From: a virus
Strand: one strand, 5' to 3'
IMG/VR virus record: IMGVR_UViG_3300033143_005857
Span: 1-64,000 of that record
DNA: 64,000 bases
A model generated the notes under the pieces. It did not search any database. It was not told where the DNA came from and saw only the letters and a list, made by a program, of their open reading frames with translations. Both the position numbers and the translations under genes were made by a program. How positions within the stretch are numbered: the stretch's first letter is position 1; each line of letters begins with the position of its first letter. Shown here one piece after another: positions 1 to 9,175 of the stretch.

Positions 1-1651
1 GCTGCCATACATGTTAAGTGCCTTTAACTATGCCGCACGGCTTAAATTACAAGCCGTTTGCTACTGCTAAATTGCCATGCTAAGTTTATTTATACAGCCG
101 TTGCATGCAAATTAAAAGCGTTTGGGCTGCTATAACCATTACTGGTTTACGGTGGCAGCGTGGTAAGTTATTAAAATGCTGCCAAAGTTGGTTTTACACG
201 TATAGGGTTATTTTTAGCACTACTAAGTGCCATTTTACCCGTTTGTTTTACCAAATAAGCGGTAAGTGCCTATACCTTGGCTTTGCAACCACACACAGCA
301 GCCCCACGTGGCTAACTGGGCTGTGTGCTAAGCAATACAGCAAGCCAACTACTGCCTAAACAACGCAACAAACAAATGTGCTATTATTTAGCGTGCAATG
401 GGCTGCCATACGCAACAATATTTTACTGGGTTTTTACCATATTTTTACCGTGTTATTACCATGCTTGTTTATACTTAATTTTATTATGGGTGTAGGCTAT
501 TTAAATATACCCTACTATATAAATAACTATGCTGGTGTGTGCTGTGGGCTAAGTGGTGGCAGCAAAATTTGTGGAAAATATGGCTGTGGGGGGTAGTGGG
601 CAATATGGTTTTTTGGCTTAAACGCTGCTGGTGGGCTGTGGGCTTGGAAAACTTAGCAAATATTTGGGTTTTTGGCAATTATTTGTAATAAATGGTTCAA
701 ACGCACTTAATGTTAGTGTGTGCAGCATGTAGGGCTGGAAAACATGGCACAAGTGCCTAATAATATGTATTGCTGTGGGTTGTTGTGGGCTACTTAGTGT
801 TTTTATGCCACTGTGCTGCTTGTAGGGCTGGAAATGTTAGCAAATAGTTGCTTAGTTATAGCCGTATACAGTAATAAATAGGCTATTATTAATTTTGCTA
901 CGTTTGAGCCGCTTGTGGCTGTTGGTGGGCAAGCAAATGTGTTTTTGGTGCTGTATAAATAGTAATTTGGGTTGTAGGTAGGGGTTGGGTTTTTTGGGCT
1001 ATAAAATGGCTTGCAAATAGGGTTTTTGTGCGTGTTTGGGGTGTGTTTTTGGGGTTTGTGGGCTACTAAGTTAATAATTTAGTTGTGTTTTAGTGCTGTT
1101 GTGTGTGCTGTGTGTGTTTGTATGGCACAACAGTGGCTAATAATTATGTTATTTTGCATGTATTTGGTTGGTGCGTGCAGTAGCACACTGTTGTGCGTGT
1201 TTGGTTGGGGTGCATTTGGGCTGTTTGGTGGCTTGTTTGGTAGCACTATGGTAGGTAATAAATTAGTAGTAATTAGTAGTAAGTTGGTGTGGCTTGTGGG
1301 CTAATTTGGGTTGTAAATTGGTAGTATAGTTGTTATTTTGCACGCAATTGCTAATTAATAGTATTATATTAATAGGCAGATAGTTAGTGGGTTGCTGTTG
1401 GTGGGCTATTTGGTGGCTTATACGTATGTATAGGCTAATATAGGGCACTTTAGTGCCATGTTGGTGGTGGCTTGCAGCCAGCCATGTAGGTATATAATGT
1501 AATAACCAAGCCAACGGCTTGCGTAAGCATATACAATACTAATTAATAGGCAATTAGATTGCTAATAGGCTGCTAATAGGCAATTTAGTAGTATTAATGT
1601 ATAAGTATATATAAATGGAAATATATTTAATGCCCTATAACAAGCCATAGG

Positions 1652-1719
1652 GCTTGTAGCAATTAATACCCGTGCCCCCCTATATATATATAATATAGGG
1701 CAATTTAGGTATTAATTAG
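1652..1719. repeat. Imperfect palindrome AATTAATACC..CCC(TA)n..GGG..GGTATTAATT, copy 1 (origin-like)
   Basis: Inverted homolog of 35212-35279. The 15-mer TTAGGTATTAATTAG (1705-1719) is the exact reverse complement of 35212-35226. Confidence 0.8.
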
Positions 1720-1829
1720 TATGGCTGCTGTGGGCTGTTGTAGGGCACGTAATATTACTAAGTATATACCCACTATATACCTACTGGGCACGTGGTTAAA
1801 GTTTAAGCGTGTGGCACGCAAATTTGTAA

Positions 1830-1849
1830 TGGAAAATAGGTTTAAATAG
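1830..1849 (+). promoter_or_regulatory. Archaeal-type BRE+TATA promoter candidate
   Basis: TGGAAAATAGG-TTTAAATA; a similar TGGAAA-TATATTTAA lies at 1616-1630. Confidence 0.45.
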
Positions 1850-2143
1850 TAATAGTGGCTTAGGTTTATTAATATCGCACACACACGCTGTGTTTACCAG
1901 TTGGGCAAATTGGTGCGTGGTTGGGCTGGTTATGGCACACTATGTAATGCAACGTAATAGCCAACACACCACACACTACATACAACGTGGTTGCGTAAAA
2001 TATACCATGTATTAGGCACAGTGCCACGTGCCACAACGACATCACCCAAGTGTAAAACTATGCAACATACAGCCAAACCCAACAAGCACCACGTGGAAAA
2101 AAGCCAGTGCAGCAAGACTATAAGGGGAGGGGGGGGTTGCGTC

Positions 2144-2479
2144 GTGTCGTCCGAGGATCTCAGATCAAGATCTCAAAAAATCACTAACGGGAGTGCCTTT
2201 CGCTACAAATCTCTATGCAAGTTAATTAGGTCCTTAACTGAGTCGCAAGAGTATGCCTTTATCACTGATTACCGTAAACTTGTCGACACACTTATTGATT
2301 TCGTAAACGAATTAGACCATTCCCCAAATGACCCAAAAACACGCAATTACAACCATAAACAATTCACCTCTGAAACCGTTGCACGACGTCGCCAAGAAGC
2401 CACCGATCAATTAGCAGCCTACCATCTTGCCAAAGCCAAAGAGAGAGAAGACCCAAAAATTTTTACAGACAATCTATAA
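2144..2479 (+). CDS. Hypothetical protein (likely GTG start at 2144; 3' part of track ORF 1991..2479)
   Basis: In-frame GTG after GGAGG/G-run gives MSSEDLRSRSQK...; normal D/E content begins here. Confidence 0.45.
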   Translation: MSSEDLRSRSQKITNGSAFRYKSLCKLIRSLTESQEYAFITDYRKLVDTLIDFVNELDHSPNDPKTRNYNHKQFTSETVARRRQEATDQLAAYHLAKAKEREDPKIFTDNL

Positions 2480-2520
2480 CGTTTACGTAAACGAAATATA
2501 ACATATACGTAAATGAAATA
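2478..2520. repeat. Tandem pair (22-bp period) of palindrome CGTTTACGTAAACG, site A
   Basis: AACGTTTACGTAAACGAAATAT-AACATATACGTAAATGAAATA; matches 7506-7543 and 49517-49554. Confidence 0.85.
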
Positions 2521-2592
2521 GACTGCTTCGCAGCCTAAAAATCTCAAAAAATCTCAAAAAAAAATCCAACATTAACTGGTTTGAAACCTCCT

Positions 2593-3372
2593 ATGACCAT
2601 TAAACATAAGCCGATCCTTAACAAATGTAAAATTTGCAACTCGATCCATACTCCCCAAGTCAATGATATGCTTGAGAAGAACGTGCCTCAAACAGTAGTA
2701 GTCGCCTATTTAAAGGATAAAGGACTCATACTCTCTGCTATGAGTGTGTCTCGACACCTTCATAACTGTTTACTGAAAGACGGTAAAAAGCAACGGCAAG
2801 TGCAAAAAGGTGGCATACGAAATGCCCAAGCACAAGCCAAGCATAATACTAAAAAAGGAAAGGATGTCAAACTTCGAAGTAATCAAAAGAATATGAACAG
2901 AACTGACACCAATCATGCCAGAGACACCAACGGAGCACGGAAACGACGAGCCTATATAGCAGAACTGGAGAAATTGGAGAAGGATGTTGACGTCGTAAAT
3001 GAATATGTATTTATCCTAAAAGCGTCGAAAGAGCGTGTTGCACGTGGTTTAGTGGAGGAGGATACAGCAAACTTAGTTCTCGCTACAACTGGGAAAGCCC
3101 TATCAGATTACGGTGCTCTCCTACAAAAATTTAATGAAATCACACAAGGTATGGAATCACTTCAATCTCTCCGTTTTGCAGAACTCATACAAATGGTTGG
3201 TAATATGTTTGCCAAAACTCCGATTACCGACCGTTCTCGGAACGAATTGCTTAATGTAGTTGATCAATACATAACAAATACTAAGATGACCGAAGAAATG
3301 GAAGAAATTAGCCTTATACCATCAGAAATTAGAAAATCGAAACTTAATAAAAAACCAAGTGTATTATTATGA
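2593..3372 (+). CDS. Putative terminase small subunit (N-terminal Zn/HTH-like DNA-binding region, helical C-terminus)
   Basis: CKIC...HLHNC motif, basic linker, position upstream of the large terminase. Confidence 0.5.
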   Translation: MTIKHKPILNKCKICNSIHTPQVNDMLEKNVPQTVVVAYLKDKGLILSAMSVSRHLHNCLLKDGKKQRQVQKGGIRNAQAQAKHNTKKGKDVKLRSNQKNMNRTDTNHARDTNGARKRRAYIAELEKLEKDVDVVNEYVFILKASKERVARGLVEEDTANLVLATTGKALSDYGALLQKFNEITQGMESLQSLRFAELIQMVGNMFAKTPITDRSRNELLNVVDQYITNTKMTEEMEEISLIPSEIRKSKLNKKPSVLL

Positions 3373-3620
3373 GCGAAGTAAAATGGATCACACAAGAAGA
3401 ACTTAAAAAAGAATCAGATAAAAAACCAATGAGTCAAGCAGAGTTTGAACAAGAATATATGCTGAATGTTTGCACTCCACAATGTCCTAAGTGTGAAACG
3501 TATAACTCACACTGTTTTGGACAAGATAATGGTAAATGGTTATATAGATGTAGAAAATGTAAAATTACCTTTAAAGTTGATGAAAATGGACAAACCAACA
3601 CTAACAAAAAAGCAAATTAA
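3369..3620 (+). CDS. Small Zn-ribbon protein
   Basis: CPKC...CRKC; overlapping start/stop with the previous gene. Confidence 0.55.
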   Translation: MSEVKWITQEELKKESDKKPMSQAEFEQEYMLNVCTPQCPKCETYNSHCFGQDNGKWLYRCRKCKITFKVDENGQTNTNKKAN

Positions 3621-3765
3621 AGAAGGCTTTCATATCTGGACTGAATTTGAACATCAAGACAAGCCAACAAAGATGATAAACGGAAAACGTGTTAGACCTC
3701 CGTTAGTAATAGGATTTAAACACTGGAAAAAATGTCCATGCGGACGAGATATTAGACTAAAGTGA

Positions 3766-4047
3766 TTGAAAATGGTGCGATCTTGTGAGATATGTAATAC
3801 TTTTTCTTTTTCATATAAAGACACTTTATTTGGAATAGATATCAAGATTTGTTTTGATTGTGTTCAAGGGCTTGAAAGATTACGTAAAAAGGCTAAGGAT
3901 AAGAAACTTAAATTACAACAACCAAATTTCAAACATTTTGAAAAGAAGATGTCGCTAAGCCAAGCCCAAATGGATAAAGTGAATAAAGAACTGCATGATG
4001 TGACAATTATCTCTGATGAAACACTAAGGATGAGATTTAATATATGA
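3766..4047 (+). CDS. Small Zn-finger protein
   Basis: CEIC...CFDC. Confidence 0.45.
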   Translation: MKMVRSCEICNTFSFSYKDTLFGIDIKICFDCVQGLERLRKKAKDKKLKLQQPNFKHFEKKMSLSQAQMDKVNKELHDVTIISDETLRMRFNI

Positions 4048-4186
4048 GTATTAGATTAGCACGTTGTGAAGAGTGTAAGGTATGCTCTATTAACTTTTCG
4101 CTTCCATGTATACCATTTTGGGACATTTCTATTATTTGGGCAAATATATTAGAGGCAATGCAAATACAGCAAGAAGGATGAACGTT

Positions 4187-4396
4187 ATGCCAAAAAGTAA
4201 GACTAAAAGCAAGATTAAAGAATGGGACGCTGGATACTTAGAAGAATGTATTGCAAGCAACGATAAGCGTGCTCTCTTAATTTTCCTAATGCAATCTATC
4301 GATACAACTGTTCTCCGCTTAAATAAGTTTAAAGGATGTATAGAATTGTATCCAAATGTTCCAGACTTAGAAGATCAATTAGATGAGGAAGAGTAA
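4187..4396 (+). CDS. Hypothetical protein
   Basis: ORF whose stop overlaps the terminase ATG (TAATG). Confidence 0.45.
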   Translation: MPKSKTKSKIKEWDAGYLEECIASNDKRALLIFLMQSIDTTVLRLNKFKGCIELYPNVPDLEDQLDEEE

Positions 4397-6024
4397 TGGC
4401 AGCCGTTAATGATGCTATCCAACGTGCGTTTGATGAATACCAGACCAATACGATTCAAACCAAGTTGCTTAGTGAGGCTGGCATTTCAAGCCCATCCGAC
4501 CCTATGTTCTTTCGAATTCTTAAAGCATCGCTTGATTTTAGTTATCATGCAGAACTATTCTTCCCAGACCCATCTGACCCCAACAAGCCATTACGTTTGG
4601 AACCTTGGCAGAAAGGTGAATTAAAGTATGCTCAATGGGGAGACGGGTTATACGATAAGGCTGGTGGTGCTATTCGCAAGCCGATTGCTATTAATTCGCC
4701 TCGTGGTTTTGGAAAGTCTGTATTCTCATCCATAACTGCTGATGAATTTGCTATACATTTTCCGTTTACTTTAATTGCCCTTTTTTCTACTTCTCAAGAC
4801 CAAGCAAACGACCTTATGGCGAAGGTTAAGTGGTTTATTAAAAACTCAATATATGCCTTTATGATCAATAAAAAGATGGATTCTAAGACACAAGTCGGCT
4901 TGATAAATGGCTCTGTGATTAAGGCATTTCCACAATCAGAAGTGACCATTCGTGGATTTCACCCACATATTAAAATAGTTGACGAAAAATCCCGTATAAA
5001 ACGAGAGATACTTGAATCAGCCATACGTCCTATGGGTCGTAAGGTTTGCTGGCTTGAAATTGGTATTTCAACACCGTTTGGTATGGCTAACAACCATTAT
5101 GAAGATTGTATGAATCCAGACGTGTTTCATGTAAAACTCCTAAAACCTACTGATGTATCGTGGGTTGATGAAGAGAAACTTGCAAGAGAAGTTAAAATGA
5201 TGGGAGATCGTATTGCTAAGCAAGAATTGTATGCAGAGTTCGTTGAGGACGCAAGTTCTGTGTATAAGCCGAGTTGGATAGAACTCATGCTTAATCTTAA
5301 ACTTGAACCACAATTGAAAGGTGTAGCAGCACGATCATACATTATGGGTGTAGATTTTGGCAAACATCGTGATTATACAGCGATTACTATACTTCATGTA
5401 GAACGAAATGGAATGATAGTTATCGATTGGATGGAACGGTTTTTAGGCTTAGATTACAAGTTAGCAATAGAAAGAATACTACATTTAACCAACATCTTTA
5501 ATATCAAATTAATTGTGCCAGATGGAAACAGTATTGGTATAGCAATTTTGGAAGAACTTGCAAGACATGTGAAAGTGCCACTATACCAGACTAAGTTAAA
5601 GAAAAAGGATAAGAAAGGTAGAGAAATGTATAGGCTTGGATTTCTCTTTAGTAATACAAGCAAGTTAAACATAGTGGATGAGTTAGTAGTAAAAATGATG
5701 AATTCTCGTATTAAATGCCCACATCACCATAATACAACAGATCCTCAAAACGATCGATTTATTTTCAAAGTGCTCGAAAACGAAATGATACAATTCACGT
5801 TTACTCGCACACCATCTGGTAATATCGTGTTTGGACACCCAGAAGATAACAAATCGCACGATGACACACTTATTTCACTGATGTTGGCTGTTTGGGGAAT
5901 TAGATATGCTCAAGCAATGGACGCAACAATTAGCGGTGTGCCAACGATGAGACTGGCTAAGAGTGACCGTTTAGCCTCTCGCACGTTTGGTGTTGAGAGA
6001 AGTGCTTTGTTTCAACGTGGTTGA
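4396..6024 (+). CDS. Terminase large subunit
   Basis: Walker A PRGFGKS, Walker B IVDEKS, ISTP coupling motif, nuclease motifs GVDFG and HDDTL. Confidence 0.95.
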   Translation: MAAVNDAIQRAFDEYQTNTIQTKLLSEAGISSPSDPMFFRILKASLDFSYHAELFFPDPSDPNKPLRLEPWQKGELKYAQWGDGLYDKAGGAIRKPIAINSPRGFGKSVFSSITADEFAIHFPFTLIALFSTSQDQANDLMAKVKWFIKNSIYAFMINKKMDSKTQVGLINGSVIKAFPQSEVTIRGFHPHIKIVDEKSRIKREILESAIRPMGRKVCWLEIGISTPFGMANNHYEDCMNPDVFHVKLLKPTDVSWVDEEKLAREVKMMGDRIAKQELYAEFVEDASSVYKPSWIELMLNLKLEPQLKGVAARSYIMGVDFGKHRDYTAITILHVERNGMIVIDWMERFLGLDYKLAIERILHLTNIFNIKLIVPDGNSIGIAILEELARHVKVPLYQTKLKKKDKKGREMYRLGFLFSNTSKLNIVDELVVKMMNSRIKCPHHHNTTDPQNDRFIFKVLENEMIQFTFTRTPSGNIVFGHPEDNKSHDDTLISLMLAVWGIRYAQAMDATISGVPTMRLAKSDRLASRTFGVERSALFQRG

Positions 6025-6065
6025 TACAAAGTATTAAATGTTTCAAGTTCTTATATTTATTAAAC

Positions 6066-6347
6066 ATGTCCAAATCAAAAATATTGAATCTTCTCGATGA
6101 TAAAATGAAATTTGACGTTGGAGATACAGTTATCTTCCGAGATGGTGCTGGGATAATGCGTGTTGGTTTTATATTACGTTTTGCCGTTGTTTCATGCAAA
6201 ACAACATCACTTATTGTCACAATCGAATATGAAATCAAAAGTCTACTTGAAGAATATATGGTAGATGTAAAAGACGTTTACCCTCACAATAAAAAAGACG
6301 CAGATTTAATTAAGGACTACAACAATCGTTGGTATCATGGAGTTTAA
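6066..6347 (+). CDS. Hypothetical protein (SH3-like, KFDVGDTV)
   Basis: ORF track; YorP-like N-terminal motif. Confidence 0.45.
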   Translation: MSKSKILNLLDDKMKFDVGDTVIFRDGAGIMRVGFILRFAVVSCKTTSLIVTIEYEIKSLLEEYMVDVKDVYPHNKKDADLIKDYNNRWYHGV

Positions 6348-6354
6348 TTAAAAA

Positions 6355-6678
6355 ATGGTAAAAACAGCAAAAAGATTACGTAAAGTTGATTTTGTTGGTA
6401 TGATCAACAACATCAGTAATTTAATTGTAGGAACGACAACTCTCTACAATTTACATAGGGCTAAGAACAGAATCGACTTTTTACGTATTGGAGTATCAGT
6501 GGAAGACAAAGAAGGTTTAGAAATGTTAAAAGCATTAGACCTTCTTGTTTCAAAGAAAGTAAGCAACGTGAAATTGCGTGATAGTTGGCACGAGTTTAAG
6601 GACGAAAACGAGGAACGCTTTTTTGACCAAACGGTAGGCGAATTAGAAAAAGAAATAAAGAGGTTAAAACAAAAATGA
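6355..6678 (+). CDS. Hypothetical protein
   Basis: ORF in tight operon. Confidence 0.55.
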   Translation: MVKTAKRLRKVDFVGMINNISNLIVGTTTLYNLHRAKNRIDFLRIGVSVEDKEGLEMLKALDLLVSKKVSNVKLRDSWHEFKDENEERFFDQTVGELEKEIKRLKQK

Positions 6679-7049
6679 ACGATAAAGTGATATTTAGAAT
6701 ACTCGACCGTATAGCAGTTTCTATGGATACGGTTGCAAAAGCGATGATTAGTATTGATGACCGTTTTAAAATAATTATTGGTATGGATCAAGCAAATACT
6801 ATGCAAGATCCTGACATATCTCGATGTGATGAATTTGATCCAGACGAATTGAACCTTCTTGTTAATGGACTTCAAGTTCTCAACGTTGGAGTCACAGACC
6901 AACTGAATTTAATGTCTCCGTCACGAATGGCTGGAACATTATCAGCCGATGATATGGAATTATTCGAAACTATGGTTAAGCGAAACGCTGACCTTTGCGT
7001 TCTTACAAACGAGATTGCAATTGTTATTCAGAAAAAGGCTGGATTATAA
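6675..7049 (+). CDS. Hypothetical protein
   Basis: Overlapping start/stop with the previous gene. Confidence 0.55.
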   Translation: MNDKVIFRILDRIAVSMDTVAKAMISIDDRFKIIIGMDQANTMQDPDISRCDEFDPDELNLLVNGLQVLNVGVTDQLNLMSPSRMAGTLSADDMELFETMVKRNADLCVLTNEIAIVIQKKAGL

Positions 7050-7050
7050 A

Positions 7051-7476
7051 GTGATTAAACCAACAGAAAAAGACATAGGCAGAATGGTAGTTTATCGCCA
7101 ACCATACATGAAAACTACTGAAAATTGGGAATTTGGTATAATTACAAGTTTTAACGAGCATTTTGTTCATGTTCGATATGGAACGGAAACTGGTTCGAAA
7201 TCAACAAAACATAGTGATCTAACATGGCTCGACGAAATTAAGATGTTAGATATTGGACAGAACCGCTACATCTTCCCGACAAACGTCACAAAAGAACATA
7301 TCGAAGGATTTGTGTTTGATGCTTACAACAAACATATTAGCATTAAAAAACGAAAAATTCTTAGAAATAGAGTATTTAACGAAGTAAGCAACGAGGAACT
7401 TGCTACAATAAAAGAAACGTTTGGTATCGGTTATAACTTCATTCAAGCTGCTCTAACCATGTTTATACTTGGTTAA
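7051..7476 (+). CDS. Hypothetical protein (SH3-like N-terminus)
   Basis: In-frame GTG right after the previous stop; DIGRMVVY...GIITSFNEHFVHVRY. Confidence 0.5.
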   Translation: MIKPTEKDIGRMVVYRQPYMKTTENWEFGIITSFNEHFVHVRYGTETGSKSTKHSDLTWLDEIKMLDIGQNRYIFPTNVTKEHIEGFVFDAYNKHISIKKRKILRNRVFNEVSNEELATIKETFGIGYNFIQAALTMFILG

Positions 7477-7505
7477 AATCCATGTTTTACACCATACATT
7501 TTTTT

Positions 7506-7543
7506 CGTTTACGTAAACGTTATATTTCATTTACGTAAACGTT
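7506..7543. repeat. Tandem palindrome pair, site B
   Basis: 38-bp exact reverse complement of 49517-49554; followed by a T-tract. Confidence 0.9.
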
Positions 7544-7565
7544 TTTTTTTCTTTCTTTTCTATTA

Positions 7566-7580
7566 AAAATTTACATATAT
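7566..7580 (+). promoter_or_regulatory. Late promoter motif AAAATTTACATATAT (1 of 6)
   Basis: Identical 15-mer upstream of structural operons; here before the portal. Confidence 0.8.
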
Positions 7581-7634
7581 TTTAAGTTGGTTATATTAGT
7601 ATATTAAAATAGAAAACTTACTTAGGTTTGAATC

Positions 7635-9137
7635 ATGGCTAAAAAAAAGGTAGTTGGTAAAGAAAAAATACAGCAAAATACATCGATAGTTGCAAGTCCA
7701 GCGTTTATTCAAGGAATTCCAGCTTCAAAAAAGCCAATACAAGGTGATGATGTAGAGAAACAAAGCAAGTGGGATGAATACTTAGAAGATCCAGAGATCT
7801 TAAAATTAATGTATATTATGATTAATCGCTCAAAACAAAATAAGCGATGGTTATACAATAATGATAACGCTTTAAAAGCGTCTGGTTATATGCTTGCAAA
7901 TGCCGTAATAGGTGCAACTGGTTTAGAAACAAAAACAAATCGAGATGATGTAAGAGAAGCACTTAGTGCGTATTTTAAGGCAATTAATACTAATAAAATT
8001 ATTCAAATTTCAGTGAAAGATCAAATTTGTTTTGCAGATTCTTTGTTCTGGAAAGAGTATGACTTTGAGAAAGGGCTTATTATTCCACGTTGGATTGATT
8101 ATCTTACTGTTCGACGTATTAAAAACAAATATACTGGTGATGTTAAGTGGATCCAAGCAACATACTTAGATTCACGTATGCCTAAAAAAGATGGTAAAGA
8201 ATGGGAAAAATATGAACCTTATCTTGACTACTTTAACAATCTCAGTTCAGAAGACGACAATCCAATGCGAGACAAGTTAGTTAAAGCACATATTATGGAA
8301 GATGAAGCATTAAATTTTAACTACTTTCCTTCTCCGCTAATAGATTCTATTGTTGAAGTTGTTTTATGGAAAAAGTGGATGCAATACGATGCTAAGTTAG
8401 GTGGGCAGAAATATGCTACTCCGTTAATGGATGTAGAAGTGACACGACCAGAAAGCGAAGATTTAAGCAGCGAAGAGTCTGCAGCACTTATGGCAAAGAT
8501 TGCTGAAGATTTGAGTAGAATGATGAATTTTGGTGTTTTGGCACATGGAGATGCAATTAAATTGCAATCAATAAGTCAACAAGGGCAAGTCTTTAATTAT
8601 GTGCAATATCTTGAATATGCTGACAAGCAAATCCATAAAGGAGTAATGGTATCTGCAAACTTGCTGGAAGCAAGTGGTTCTGAACTTGCAACAAGCAGAA
8701 CAGTGAAAGATATGTTTAATATTGTTATTACTGCACTTCGCAAGCGTTATATTAATACATTTACTGATTTAGCCTTAGAATACTTGTATTTTATTGGTAT
8801 GGATGTAGATGAAACAGAATTTCAGTTAATCTTTAGTGAAGACGATGCACAACAACAAATGACTCAAAATGAAGAATTTAATGCAGTTATGCAGTTATTT
8901 GACAGAGGAGTTTTACGAGATGAAAATGAAGTGCGTAAATATGTGGCTAAATTTGGAATGGACTTAGATCAATTAAGTGAAGAGGAAATTGGATTAAAGG
9001 CAGAAGAAGAACTTCAACAAATGCTGCTTGAACAAGAGTTAGAAATAGAGCAAATTCAAGAACAAGGCAAAATAAAGGCAGAACAACAATCTCAAGCAGC
9101 GTCTCAAACTAAAACTAAAACTGGTGATAAAAAATAA
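7635..9137 (+). CDS. Portal protein
   Basis: 500 aa, between terminase and head genes, helical, KYATP and SELATS segments. Confidence 0.75.
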   Translation: MAKKKVVGKEKIQQNTSIVASPAFIQGIPASKKPIQGDDVEKQSKWDEYLEDPEILKLMYIMINRSKQNKRWLYNNDNALKASGYMLANAVIGATGLETKTNRDDVREALSAYFKAINTNKIIQISVKDQICFADSLFWKEYDFEKGLIIPRWIDYLTVRRIKNKYTGDVKWIQATYLDSRMPKKDGKEWEKYEPYLDYFNNLSSEDDNPMRDKLVKAHIMEDEALNFNYFPSPLIDSIVEVVLWKKWMQYDAKLGGQKYATPLMDVEVTRPESEDLSSEESAALMAKIAEDLSRMMNFGVLAHGDAIKLQSISQQGQVFNYVQYLEYADKQIHKGVMVSANLLEASGSELATSRTVKDMFNIVITALRKRYINTFTDLALEYLYFIGMDVDETEFQLIFSEDDAQQQMTQNEEFNAVMQLFDRGVLRDENEVRKYVAKFGMDLDQLSEEEIGLKAEEELQQMLLEQELEIEQIQEQGKIKAEQQSQAASQTKTKTGDKK

Positions 9138-9175
9138 GCAAAAAATGGATTCCTCCAACAACTCGTAAAAAAGTA

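Larger units (their letters stand above)
1..2140. other. GA/TC-dinucleotide-depleted, probably non-coding block (likely genome-terminal; probably extends left of the window)
   Basis: No GA or TC in 1-573. By eye only 9 GA and 2 TC in 1-2035. ORFs here are nearly devoid of Asp/Glu. Normal composition returns after the G-run at 2124-2136. Confidence 0.9.

Noticed and set aside
171-440. Short - strand ORFs after GGTAA-like RBS (MALSSAKNNPIRVKPTLAAF, MVKTQ)
   Set aside because: Too short to support. They could be micro-peptides but nothing in the sequence confirms it.
105-2115. Track ORFs in the first 2.1 kb (105..359, 378..596, 484..678, 1083..1304, 1263..1514, 1930..2115, 5' half of 1991..2479)
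   Set aside because: They are nearly Asp/Glu-free and Cys/Trp/His-rich with no recognisable motifs. They are explained by composition, since TGA stops are also missing.
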